Shown here: one piece after another, positions 7,718 through 16,431 of the stretch
Layout of the letters: every line of letters begins with the position of its first letter
Numbering within the stretch: the stretch's first letter is position 1
NCBI RefSeq assembly: GCF_043194755.1
Contig: NZ_JBAFVV010000006.1
DNA from: Xanthobacter autotrophicus DSM 431
GTDB taxonomy: Bacteria > Pseudomonadota > Alphaproteobacteria > Rhizobiales > Xanthobacteraceae
Reading direction: 5' to 3' (one strand)
Length of the DNA stretch: 32,000 nucleotides
Translations under genes and position numbers: made by a program
The notes under the pieces: model-generated
The model's input: the letters and a program-made list of their open reading frames with translations, nothing else
What the model was told of the DNA's origin: nothing
Database searches by the model: none

Positions 7718-10700
7718 ATGACCAAACTTCGCGACATTTTTGAGAAACCTGTCGATCGCGCGATCGAGGGGGTCATCAAGGCGGATGACGAGGCCAGCCT
7801 TCGGGTCGAACTCGAGGAGTATGTCATCACCAACGAGATCGAGCGTCAGTTCGAAAGGTTCCTCGATGCCTACAACAATTATGGGACGGCCAACGGCGTC
7901 TGGATCTCCGGCTTCTTCGGGTCGGGCAAGTCACACCTACTAAAAATGCTGGCGCTCCTTCTGGAGAACCGGGACGTGGGCGGAAGCCCAGCCTATGAGC
8001 TTTTCAAGCAGAAGTGCGCTCACAATGAGATTCTCGCAGCCGATCTGCGGAAGGCCGTTTCGATCCCGTCCAAGAGCATTCTGTTCAACATCGATCAGAA
8101 GGCCGATGTGATCTCGAAGGAGCAGATCGACGCCTTACTTTCTGTGTTCCACAAAGTCTTCGACGAAATGTGCGGCTACTACGGCAAGCAGCCTCACATT
8201 GCTCAGTTCGAACGTGATCTGGACAGCCGCGGCCTGCTCGACACGTTCAAGGCGGCATACCAGCCCATCGCCGGTAAGCCCTGGGACCGCGGGCGCGAAC
8301 AGGCTCTGTTGGAGAATGCGAACGTGGCCAAAGCCTATGCGCAGGCCACTGGCGCTGATCTATCCGAGGGACAGGGCATCCTGACGCGGTATCGTCAGGA
8401 TTTCCGGTCATCGATCGAGGATTTCGCCGACAAGGTGAAGGCCTATATCGACGCGCAGAAGCCGGGCTTCCGGCTCAACTTTTTCGTCGACGAAGTCGGC
8501 CAGTATATTGCCGATAACATCAAGCTCATGACGAACCTGCAGACGATCGCGGAAAGCCTGAACACCAAGTGCCGCGGCCGGGCCTGGATCATCGTAACGG
8601 CGCAGCAGGACATGGGCTCCGTCATCGGCGACATGGACAAGCGGCAGGAGAATGACTTCTCCAAGATTCAGGCGCGCTTTGCGAATAGGATGCCGCTCAA
8701 CAGCGCCGATGTCGCTGAAGTGATTCAGAAGCGCCTGCTCAAGAAGACCGACGCCGGCATCGAGGCGCTGTCCGCTCTCTACCACCGCGAGTCGAACAAT
8801 CTGAAGACCCTGTTCGACTTTTCGGATGGCTCAATCCGGCTCGAGAACTTCCGGGACCGCGATCATTTCATTCACAGCTATCCATTCATCCCGTACCAGT
8901 ATCCGCTGTTTCAGTTGGCGATCCAGAACCTGTCCCAACACAACGCTTTCGAGGGCAAGCACAGTTCGGTCGGAGAGCGTTCTATGCTGGGCGTCTTCCA
9001 GGAGGTCGCGGTCAGGCTCGCCGATATTCCGCTCGGCGGTTTCGCGACCTTCGCCCAGATGTTCGAGGGCATCCGCACAGCGCTCAAATCGAACGTCCAG
9101 CAGTCGATCCTGATTGCCGAGAAGAATCTCGGCGACGAGTTCGCCACGCGGATCCTGAAAGCCCTGTTCCTGATCAAATATGTCAAGGCGTTTAAGCCGA
9201 CGGCCCGAAACGTCGCTATCCTGATGCTCGACAGGTTCGACACGGACTTGGCGAAGCACAAGCGGCGTGTCGATGAGGCGCTCAGCCTGCTCGAGCAGAA
9301 CACCTATATCCAGCGAAATGGCGAGCTGTTCGAGTTCCTGACCGATGAGGAGAAGGACGTCGAACAGGAGATCAAGGCGATCGAGGTCGATACGGCCGAG
9401 ATCGCCAAGGAGCTGGAGACCCTGATCTTCGACGGGGTCATCAAGAGCCGGAAGCTGCGGCACGAGGCGTCATCTCAGGATTATTCTTTCGCGCGCTATC
9501 TCGATGACCGGCTGCTCGGGCGCGACTACGAGCTTGCGATCAATGTCATCACGCCATTCCACGAGCAGAGCGGAAACGCCGAGGCGATCGCGATGCGCAC
9601 GATGTCGAGGGACGAGCTTGCCATCGTCCTGACCGCCGACAGCCGCTTCGTGAGCGACCTGATGATGTTTAAGCGGACGGACAAATATGTCCGACAGGCC
9701 CGCGCAGTGACGCAGCAACCGGCCATCGAACGCATCATCCGTGAGAAGGGCGAACAAAACAGCGGCCGGCAGCGTGATCTAACGCTCAAGGCCCGCTCGT
9801 TGGTGGGCGAGGCCCGACTTTTCGTGCGGGGGGAGGAGATCGAGGTTCGGTCGGAGGATCCGCAGGCCAGAATCGAACGTGCGTTTCAGACCCTCGTAGA
9901 CAAGGTCCATGTCAATCTCGGCATGCTGCGTGGCGTAGCTTACTCCGAGAACGAGATCGGCAAGTTTCTCACGCATGGTAATGACGGCATGTTCGGTGAG
10001 GGCGCGGCCAATCTGACGGAGGCCGAGCAGGAGATACTCAACTACGCACAGGCAAACGCCCGCAACGGCATCCGGACGACGGTCAAGGCCGTCGTTGAAC
10101 GGTTTGAGCGCAAGCCTTACGGCTGGTCCTACACCGCGATCCTCTGCACCACGGCCAGCCTACTTGGCCGCGGCAAGATCGAGGCACGTTCGGACGGAAG
10201 CCCATTGGAGGGCGAGGCTCTGCAACGGAGCCTCCAAAACGCCCATGCCCTGGGCAATATCGTGCTCGAACTGCAGGTGGAGTTCACGCCAGCGCAGACG
10301 CGCAAGCTCAAGGAGTTCTATCGCGAGTTTTTCGACGCGCAGCCGGCCGGCTCCGAGGGCAAGGCGCTCGGGATTGAAACGGCCGAGGCCTTTGGTGCGC
10401 TCAAGAATGAGCTCGCGGTTCTGGAAGCACAGTCGTCACGTTATCCGTTTCTTGCCGCGCTGGGCAGCGTTCAGGAGGCGGTGCGCGAGGTCACGAGCAA
10501 GCCCTACGCCTGGTATCTACTGGAACTTGGCCGCCATGAGGATCGGCTGCTTGATCTGAAGGAAAGCATTCTCGACCCGATCCGTCGCTTCATGGGTGGA
10601 GCACAGAAAGCGATCTATGACGAGGCGCGGGCCTATTTGTCCGACCAGAGTGCCAATTTCGGCTATGGCGGCGACGAGACGGCCAACGCTATCCAGGTGG

Positions 10701-11257
10701 TTCTAGACGATCCGAACTGCTTCAAGGGCAATACCATCCAGCAGATAAAGGGCACGCTCGATGCTCTGAAAGCCGACGTCGATACCTGGATCGCGACAGA
10801 GCGCAAGACGGCGCTTTCCAACGTGGAAGAGCTTCGAGAGAAGTTACGGGCGCTCCCCGAATTCGCCTCCCTCACGGATTTCGATCGCCGAGATGTCGAG
10901 GCTACCTTTACAGGCATTCTGGAGACAGTCGCCAACAGCAAGCTGATCGCGGTGATCCGCGAGCGTGTGAGCGGATTCAGGTCATCCGTCTATCCGGCGC
11001 TGCTCGGTCGCGTAACGGCGCCTCCTCCTCCGCCAGCCGCACAGAAGGGTGATGGAGAGGCTGAACGGCAGGGTTTCAGGGATGCCGTAAGCTCGCCGCC
11101 GCCGCCCGCCCAACCCGAGTACGTGGCTGCCAGCGCGCTGCGCGTCACGTATGCCAAGGCGTATCTCGCCGATGAGCGGGATGTCGATGCTTATCTGGAC
11201 ACCCTGCGCGAGACGTTGGTTGCGGAGATCCGCGCGGGCAAGCGGGTCACTGTGTGA
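7718..11257 (+). CDS. brxC: BREX ATPase BrxC/PglY (1179 aa)
   Basis: Walker A GFFGSGKSHLLK near the N-terminus and Walker B-like FFVDEVGQY. The size and position are those of BrxC. A G6-containing Shine-Dalgarno sits at 7709-7716. Confidence 0.9.
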   Translation: MTKLRDIFEKPVDRAIEGVIKADDEASLRVELEEYVITNEIERQFERFLDAYNNYGTANGVWISGFFGSGKSHLLKMLALLLENRDVGGSPAYELFKQKCAHNEILAADLRKAVSIPSKSILFNIDQKADVISKEQIDALLSVFHKVFDEMCGYYGKQPHIAQFERDLDSRGLLDTFKAAYQPIAGKPWDRGREQALLENANVAKAYAQATGADLSEGQGILTRYRQDFRSSIEDFADKVKAYIDAQKPGFRLNFFVDEVGQYIADNIKLMTNLQTIAESLNTKCRGRAWIIVTAQQDMGSVIGDMDKRQENDFSKIQARFANRMPLNSADVAEVIQKRLLKKTDAGIEALSALYHRESNNLKTLFDFSDGSIRLENFRDRDHFIHSYPFIPYQYPLFQLAIQNLSQHNAFEGKHSSVGERSMLGVFQEVAVRLADIPLGGFATFAQMFEGIRTALKSNVQQSILIAEKNLGDEFATRILKALFLIKYVKAFKPTARNVAILMLDRFDTDLAKHKRRVDEALSLLEQNTYIQRNGELFEFLTDEEKDVEQEIKAIEVDTAEIAKELETLIFDGVIKSRKLRHEASSQDYSFARYLDDRLLGRDYELAINVITPFHEQSGNAEAIAMRTMSRDELAIVLTADSRFVSDLMMFKRTDKYVRQARAVTQQPAIERIIREKGEQNSGRQRDLTLKARSLVGEARLFVRGEEIEVRSEDPQARIERAFQTLVDKVHVNLGMLRGVAYSENEIGKFLTHGNDGMFGEGAANLTEAEQEILNYAQANARNGIRTTVKAVVERFERKPYGWSYTAILCTTASLLGRGKIEARSDGSPLEGEALQRSLQNAHALGNIVLELQVEFTPAQTRKLKEFYREFFDAQPAGSEGKALGIETAEAFGALKNELAVLEAQSSRYPFLAALGSVQEAVREVTSKPYAWYLLELGRHEDRLLDLKESILDPIRRFMGGAQKAIYDEARAYLSDQSANFGYGGDETANAIQVVLDDPNCFKGNTIQQIKGTLDALKADVDTWIATERKTALSNVEELREKLRALPEFASLTDFDRRDVEATFTGILETVANSKLIAVIRERVSGFRSSVYPALLGRVTAPPPPPAAQKGDGEAERQGFRDAVSSPPPPAQPEYVAASALRVTYAKAYLADERDVDAYLDTLRETLVAEIRAGKRVTV

Positions 11258-12432
11258 TGATCGCTAGCGTCGAGATTCAGAGCTTCACGGCGTTCGGGAA
11301 TTTGGAAGTCTCGCTCTCCCCGCGCGTAAACGTAATCATAGGTTCGAACGGGACCGGGAAAACACATCTCCTGAAAGCGATCTACGCCCTTGCGATCGCT
11401 GACCAGCCTTCATCGAACGAAGAGCGTTCCAGAAAGGAGCAGGAAACAGACATATCGAAGAAGTTCTTGCGCCTGTTCTCACCTGAGGAGAACAAGATCG
11501 GCGCATTGCGAGCCAACGGTTCGAAAGCGCCGACCCGGCTGAGCCTGAAGCGCAGCGATGACACTAGCGTGGCAATCTCATTCGCCAGCAATTCCAAGGT
11601 CGCTCGGATCGAGAAGGATGCCGAGCCGGACGGGCATGAAGCGCGGCCGGTGTTCATTCCGACCAAGGAGATCCTGTCGCTCGTCCGTGGCATGCGCCAC
11701 CCAGAGCATGATCGCGCAACCGTCGAGATGATTTTCGACGACACCTACATCGACCTCGCGGAACTCCTCGTCCGCCCCGGCTTCGAGGACGAGGCTTCGA
11801 GCCTCAACGAGGATCCCAGGCTTTCGAGCATTGTCCGTGAATTGGTCGGCCTGGTCGGCGGGCGCTATCGCTGGGCGAGCGACGGGGCCTTCCGTTTCGA
11901 GTCGGGGAGCTACGAGGAGAAAGCCGACCCGGCCCGGTCGAAGTCAACGACGGCCCAGGCATATCAGGATTCCACCGTCGTCCGGTTCGTCCCGAAAGGC
12001 GGGCAATCGCTCTCGAGCAGCATGACCGCTGAGGGATACAGAAAAATCGGCGTGCTGCACAGATTGCTCTGCAACGGCTCGATCAACCCCGGCACCACCG
12101 GCGTTCTCCTGTGGGACGAGCCAGAGGCGAACCTGAATCCGAGACTGATGAAGAAGCTCGTTCAGGTTCTCCTGGAGCTATCGCGCAACGGCCAGCAGAT
12201 CGTCCTCGCCACCCACGACTATGTCCTTCTGAAGTGGTTCGATTTGCTCATGGAAAAGGGCAAAGAGGACCATGTTCGGTTCCATGTACTTGTTAGAGAA
12301 GAAGGTAGTGAGGGGATGTCCGTTCACTCCACTGACGATTACGCGCAGCTGGTGAACACAGGAATAGCGAAGACTTTCAGTGAGTTGTACGACGCTGAAA
12401 TCGAGCGCTCGTTGGAGGGCGTTGCGCTATGA
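11257..12432 (+). CDS. ABC/SMC-like (AAA_15/AAA_21-type) ATPase inserted in the BREX operon
   Basis: Walker A GSNGTGKTH (nt 11341-11367). Walker B/D-loop VLLWDEPEANLNP (about 12103-12141). H-loop LATHD. About 230 aa separate Walker A from Walker B. The start is ATG 11257 or GTG 11254, either of which overlaps the brxC TGA (11255-11257). Confidence 0.85.
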   Translation: MIASVEIQSFTAFGNLEVSLSPRVNVIIGSNGTGKTHLLKAIYALAIADQPSSNEERSRKEQETDISKKFLRLFSPEENKIGALRANGSKAPTRLSLKRSDDTSVAISFASNSKVARIEKDAEPDGHEARPVFIPTKEILSLVRGMRHPEHDRATVEMIFDDTYIDLAELLVRPGFEDEASSLNEDPRLSSIVRELVGLVGGRYRWASDGAFRFESGSYEEKADPARSKSTTAQAYQDSTVVRFVPKGGQSLSSSMTAEGYRKIGVLHRLLCNGSINPGTTGVLLWDEPEANLNPRLMKKLVQVLLELSRNGQQIVLATHDYVLLKWFDLLMEKGKEDHVRFHVLVREEGSEGMSVHSTDDYAQLVNTGIAKTFSELYDAEIERSLEGVAL

Positions 12433-12932
12433 TAACGGTGCAAGAGTTTGATCTGGAAATTGCCTTTCCAGAGGCAAAGGCAGTCATTCATTTCGACGAT
12501 AACGATTATCACGTCAACAGCACCATTCAGCGCGTCGACTTCATCGCGGAGTATGAAGATCGTCACGTCTTTGTTGAAATAAAAGATCCTGACAATCCCG
12601 TCGCGCAGAATGTGCCGGCTTTTGAAGGAAAGCTGAATTCTGGCAAGCTGGTACAAAGCCTGTCCGGCAAGTTCCGAGACACGCTTTTCTTCCGCTCCAT
12701 CCAAGGAAAGCACGACTTGAGCGTGGTCTATGTTGTGCTGCTTTCAATGAAGAAGCTGGACGCAGCCCTGCTGCTGACAAAGCAGGATGAGCTAAGAAAG
12801 TCGATCCCCATACGGCACGCCGATTGGGCGCGCGATTGCGCGGCAAGCTGCATCATTTTGAACGTTGAGCAATGGAAGAAGCGGTTTGGTGATCAATCAA
12901 TCCGGCGGATCAGTGAAGGGGCGGCGGTTTGA
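12429..12932 (+). CDS. small (167 aa) putative PD-(D/E)XK-fold nuclease, partner of the upstream ATPase
   Basis: D37-x12-E50-x-K52 within RVDFIAEYEDRHVFVEIKD (nt 12534-12587) resembles the Hjc/restriction-endonuclease core. ATGA overlap with the ATPase stop, and the TGA overlaps the pglX ATG (TGATG, 12930-12934). Hand-counted GC is about 47%. Confidence 0.6.
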   Translation: MITVQEFDLEIAFPEAKAVIHFDDNDYHVNSTIQRVDFIAEYEDRHVFVEIKDPDNPVAQNVPAFEGKLNSGKLVQSLSGKFRDTLFFRSIQGKHDLSVVYVVLLSMKKLDAALLLTKQDELRKSIPIRHADWARDCAASCIILNVEQWKKRFGDQSIRRISEGAAV

Positions 12933-15900
12933 TGGATACCTCGAAGCTCAAGAAGTTCGCGCAGTTCGCGCGTCGCACCTTGATCGGACAGGTCGGTGCC
13001 AAGCTGGACTCCGTTCTCGCGGAAGGGGCCGCGGCCCGGCGCGAGCATCCGGAGGCGATGAAGAAGCTCGAAGCGGCCATTGGTCGGGACGGCAAGAGCC
13101 AGGTGATCGAGCGGGTCGCCTACATCTGGTTCAACCGCTTCTCCGCTTTGCGCTTCATGGACGTGAACGATTTCAATCCGGTTCGCGTCGTCTCACCCCT
13201 GGTTGGCCAGTTCCAGCCCGAAATCCTAGCCGAGGCCAAGGCCGGTAATATCGACGAGGATCGCGTGCCCGAGAAGGTGCGTGGCCAAATCCGCGCCTTG
13301 CTGGATGGCCGCACGCCCAGCCCAGACGCGCAGGCAGAAGCCTATCGGCTGCTGCTCGTCGCCATCTGCAACGATTGGCACAAGGTGATGCCGTTCCTGT
13401 TCGAGCGGATCGACGACTTCACCGAGCTGCTCTTGCCTGAGGACCTGCTGTCGAACGCCTCGATCCTCGCCTACACGCGCGAGGCGATGACGCCCGATGT
13501 CTGCCAGGATGTTGAGGTTATCGGGTGGCTCTATCAGTTCTACATATCCGAGAAGAAGGATGAGGTCTTCGCGGGGCTCAAGAAGAGCGTGAAAATCTCG
13601 GCCGAGAATATTCCGGCCGCCACGCAGTTGTTCACGCCCCATTGGATCGTGCGTTACCTGGTCGAGAATTCGCTTGGGCGGCTCTGGATGCTCAACCGGC
13701 CCAACTCCAGGCTAAGGGAGCGGATGGACTACTACATAGCGCCGGTAGAGCCGGAGACGGACTTCCTCCGCCTCTCGTCGCCGGAGGAAATCAAGGTCTG
13801 CGATCCCGCCTGCGGATCGGGGCACATGCTGACCTATGCCTTCGACCTCCTTCACGCGATCTACGAGGAAGAAGGCTATGACTCGGTCGAGATCCCGGGC
13901 CTGATCCTGGCTAACAATCTCTACGGCATCGAGATAGACGAACGCGCCGGGGCGCTGGCGGCGTTCGCCCTGACAATGAAGGCGGCTGCGCGTCGCAAGC
14001 GGTTCCTGCGGCGATCTGGCAAGGACGGCGTGCAGCCCAACATCTGTGTTCTGGAGAACGTCAGTCTAAAGGACGACGAGCTAGCTGACTATGTGAAGGA
14101 GATAGGGCGCGAGCTCTTCACTACGGACCTACGCGAGACGCTCGGTCAGTTCGAACAAGCGAAGAACTTCGGCTCGCTGATCGTCCCCAACCTCAAGGAT
14201 GCGGACAAGCTAGTTCGGGTGATCGCCGAGAAGCAGTTCGAGAACAACCTGTTCCTACGCGATGTCCACGAGCGCGTGCAGGTTGCGCTACGCATGGCCG
14301 GCTATCTGAGTCCCAAGTACCATGTTGTGATAGCTAACCCGCCGTACATGGGCAGAAAGAACATGAACCCCTCTCTTCAGCGATATGTTGTGGAGAAGTA
14401 TAAGGAGAGTTCTGGAGATTTCTTTGCCACATTTATTGAAAGATGCTTGGCGCTCAAAACGGCGTCTGGGTTTGTGTCCATGATTTCGATGGACAGTTGG
14501 ATGTTCGGGGATGACTACACTGGATTTAGAGGGCAGGTGCTATCTAGGTTCGAAATTGAATGTCTGATTCACCTCGGGCCACATGCATTCGACGAAATAA
14601 AGGGAGAAGTCGTCCAGGTTGCGGCTTTCGTGTTGAGGGATAGGGGGCAAGATAAGATCGTCGGTACTTTTGTTGATTTAACACGGCAGCCAAACTCCGG
14701 ATCCAAAGAGGCGGCGTTTTTGGCCGGAGAGGGGAGGTATTACGTTGACTCCGCTGAATTTGATGATCTGCCGCGGAACGTATTTGCCTATTTCATATCA
14801 GAACATACAAGGTCCGCATTCAAGAACGGAATTCCGCTAAGAGAGATCGCAGAGGCGTTCACAGGGTTGCAAACCGGAGACAATCCTCGCTTCATTCGCT
14901 CGTGGAGCGAGGTCAGCTTCAATGAAATTGACTTCGCTAGACGTCCGAACTCGGAGGTAGAACCGCGAAGCAGCAAGTGGGTTCCATACGTAAAAGGTAG
15001 TGAGTTTCGTAAGTGGTATGGTAATCACGAGTTTGTGCTAGACTGGAGTAATAATGGGGAACAGATTAAGTCCCATAATAGCGCAACGGTTCGCAACCAG
15101 CAGTACTACTTTCGATCGGGATTGGCCTACAACAATATATCAGCCAAGCTCTCGCTGAGATCCGTTGGATATGGTCATATATTTGACCAAAAGAATTCAA
15201 TGTTCTTTGCGGATGTCGATGCGGATGCAAAATTCGCAATGGCATACCTGCATTCGAAAACCACCCCTCCTTTTCTGAGGGTTGTTGCTCCTAAGGATTT
15301 TGGTCCTGGCTCGATGAAACTGCTCCCTGTGATGCAGAACTACGGGGAGTTTTATTCAGTGACAGAAATTGCTGACGCAGCAACTGCCATTGCTCGGGGC
15401 GATTGGGACGCCTACGAGACGTCTTGGGATTTCGCAAGACTGCCTCTCTTGTCCCCCGATGATCGGTCTGGGACGCTGGAAAGCACCTACGCTCGCCTGC
15501 GCGCGCATTGGCGTGGCATGGCAGAGGAGATGCAGCGTCTGGAGGAAGAGAATAACCGCATCTTCATCGACGCCTATGGTTTGCAGGATGAGCTGACGCC
15601 TGAAGTGCCGCTGGAGGAGATTACGCTTACCTGCAATCCTGCCTACCGTTATGGCGGTCAGAAGGCCGCCCCCGAGTTGGAGGCGTTGCTGCTCGCCGAC
15701 ACGATGCGCGAGTTCGTTTCCTATGCTGTGGGCTGCATGTTCGGCCGCTACAGTCTCGATGCGTCCGGCCTCGTCCTCGCCAATCAGGGCCAAGGGCGGG
15801 AGGACTATCGCGCCAAAATCCCGAACCCGACCTTCGAGCCAGACGCCGACAATGTGATCCCGGTGCTCGATGGCGAGTGGTTCGTCGACGACATCGCCGC

Positions 15901-16429
15901 GCGTTTTCGGCGCTTCCTGCGCGTCACTTTTGGGGAAGAGTTTTTCCAGGAGAACCTCGCCTTTGTCGAAGGGGCGCTCGGCAAGGACATTCGGAAGTAC
16001 TTAACCCGCGACTTCTTCAACGATCATGTGAAGCGATATAAGAAGCGACCCATTTACTGGCTGTTCTCGAGCCCGAAGGGCACGTTCAACGCGCTGATCT
16101 ATATGCACCGCTACCGCTCCGACACGGTGAGCGTGGTGCTAAACGACTATCTGCGGGAGTTTCGGTCCAAGCTCGAGGCTTATCGCCGAGCGCAGGAAGC
16201 GCTCAGCATCAGTGGGGACACTTCGCCCGCGCAGAAGACCAAAGCTCTGAAGGAGATCGAGGCGACAGCAAGACAGATCGAGGAAATCGATGCCTGGGAG
16301 CGCGATGTCCTGTTCCCATTGGCGACGCAGAAGATCGAGATCGACCTCGATGACGGCGTGAAGGCCAATTATCCGAAGCTCGGTGCGGCCCTGAAGCCCA
16401 TCAAGGGCCTCAACGAGTCGGACGACTGA
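12932..16429 (+). CDS. pglX: BREX adenine-specific DNA methyltransferase PglX
   Basis: 1165 aa. SAM-binding motif I is DPACGSGHML. Catalytic motif IV, NPPY, lies at nt 14336-14347 (residues 469-472). The N-terminus is typical of PglX. It is followed by pglZ 2 nt later. Confidence 0.9.
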   Translation: MDTSKLKKFAQFARRTLIGQVGAKLDSVLAEGAAARREHPEAMKKLEAAIGRDGKSQVIERVAYIWFNRFSALRFMDVNDFNPVRVVSPLVGQFQPEILAEAKAGNIDEDRVPEKVRGQIRALLDGRTPSPDAQAEAYRLLLVAICNDWHKVMPFLFERIDDFTELLLPEDLLSNASILAYTREAMTPDVCQDVEVIGWLYQFYISEKKDEVFAGLKKSVKISAENIPAATQLFTPHWIVRYLVENSLGRLWMLNRPNSRLRERMDYYIAPVEPETDFLRLSSPEEIKVCDPACGSGHMLTYAFDLLHAIYEEEGYDSVEIPGLILANNLYGIEIDERAGALAAFALTMKAAARRKRFLRRSGKDGVQPNICVLENVSLKDDELADYVKEIGRELFTTDLRETLGQFEQAKNFGSLIVPNLKDADKLVRVIAEKQFENNLFLRDVHERVQVALRMAGYLSPKYHVVIANPPYMGRKNMNPSLQRYVVEKYKESSGDFFATFIERCLALKTASGFVSMISMDSWMFGDDYTGFRGQVLSRFEIECLIHLGPHAFDEIKGEVVQVAAFVLRDRGQDKIVGTFVDLTRQPNSGSKEAAFLAGEGRYYVDSAEFDDLPRNVFAYFISEHTRSAFKNGIPLREIAEAFTGLQTGDNPRFIRSWSEVSFNEIDFARRPNSEVEPRSSKWVPYVKGSEFRKWYGNHEFVLDWSNNGEQIKSHNSATVRNQQYYFRSGLAYNNISAKLSLRSVGYGHIFDQKNSMFFADVDADAKFAMAYLHSKTTPPFLRVVAPKDFGPGSMKLLPVMQNYGEFYSVTEIADAATAIARGDWDAYETSWDFARLPLLSPDDRSGTLESTYARLRAHWRGMAEEMQRLEEENNRIFIDAYGLQDELTPEVPLEEITLTCNPAYRYGGQKAAPELEALLLADTMREFVSYAVGCMFGRYSLDASGLVLANQGQGREDYRAKIPNPTFEPDADNVIPVLDGEWFVDDIAARFRRFLRVTFGEEFFQENLAFVEGALGKDIRKYLTRDFFNDHVKRYKKRPIYWLFSSPKGTFNALIYMHRYRSDTVSVVLNDYLREFRSKLEAYRRAQEALSISGDTSPAQKTKALKEIEATARQIEEIDAWERDVLFPLATQKIEIDLDDGVKANYPKLGAALKPIKGLNESDD

Positions 16430-16431
16430 GT

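Noticed and set aside
12339-12713. 124-aa minus-strand ORF opposite the small nuclease gene
   Set aside because: I considered it as an alternative reading of the low-GC patch. The plus-strand gene has ATGA/TGATG coupling to both neighbours and a D-x12-ExK motif. The antisense ORF has neither a start context nor any motif.
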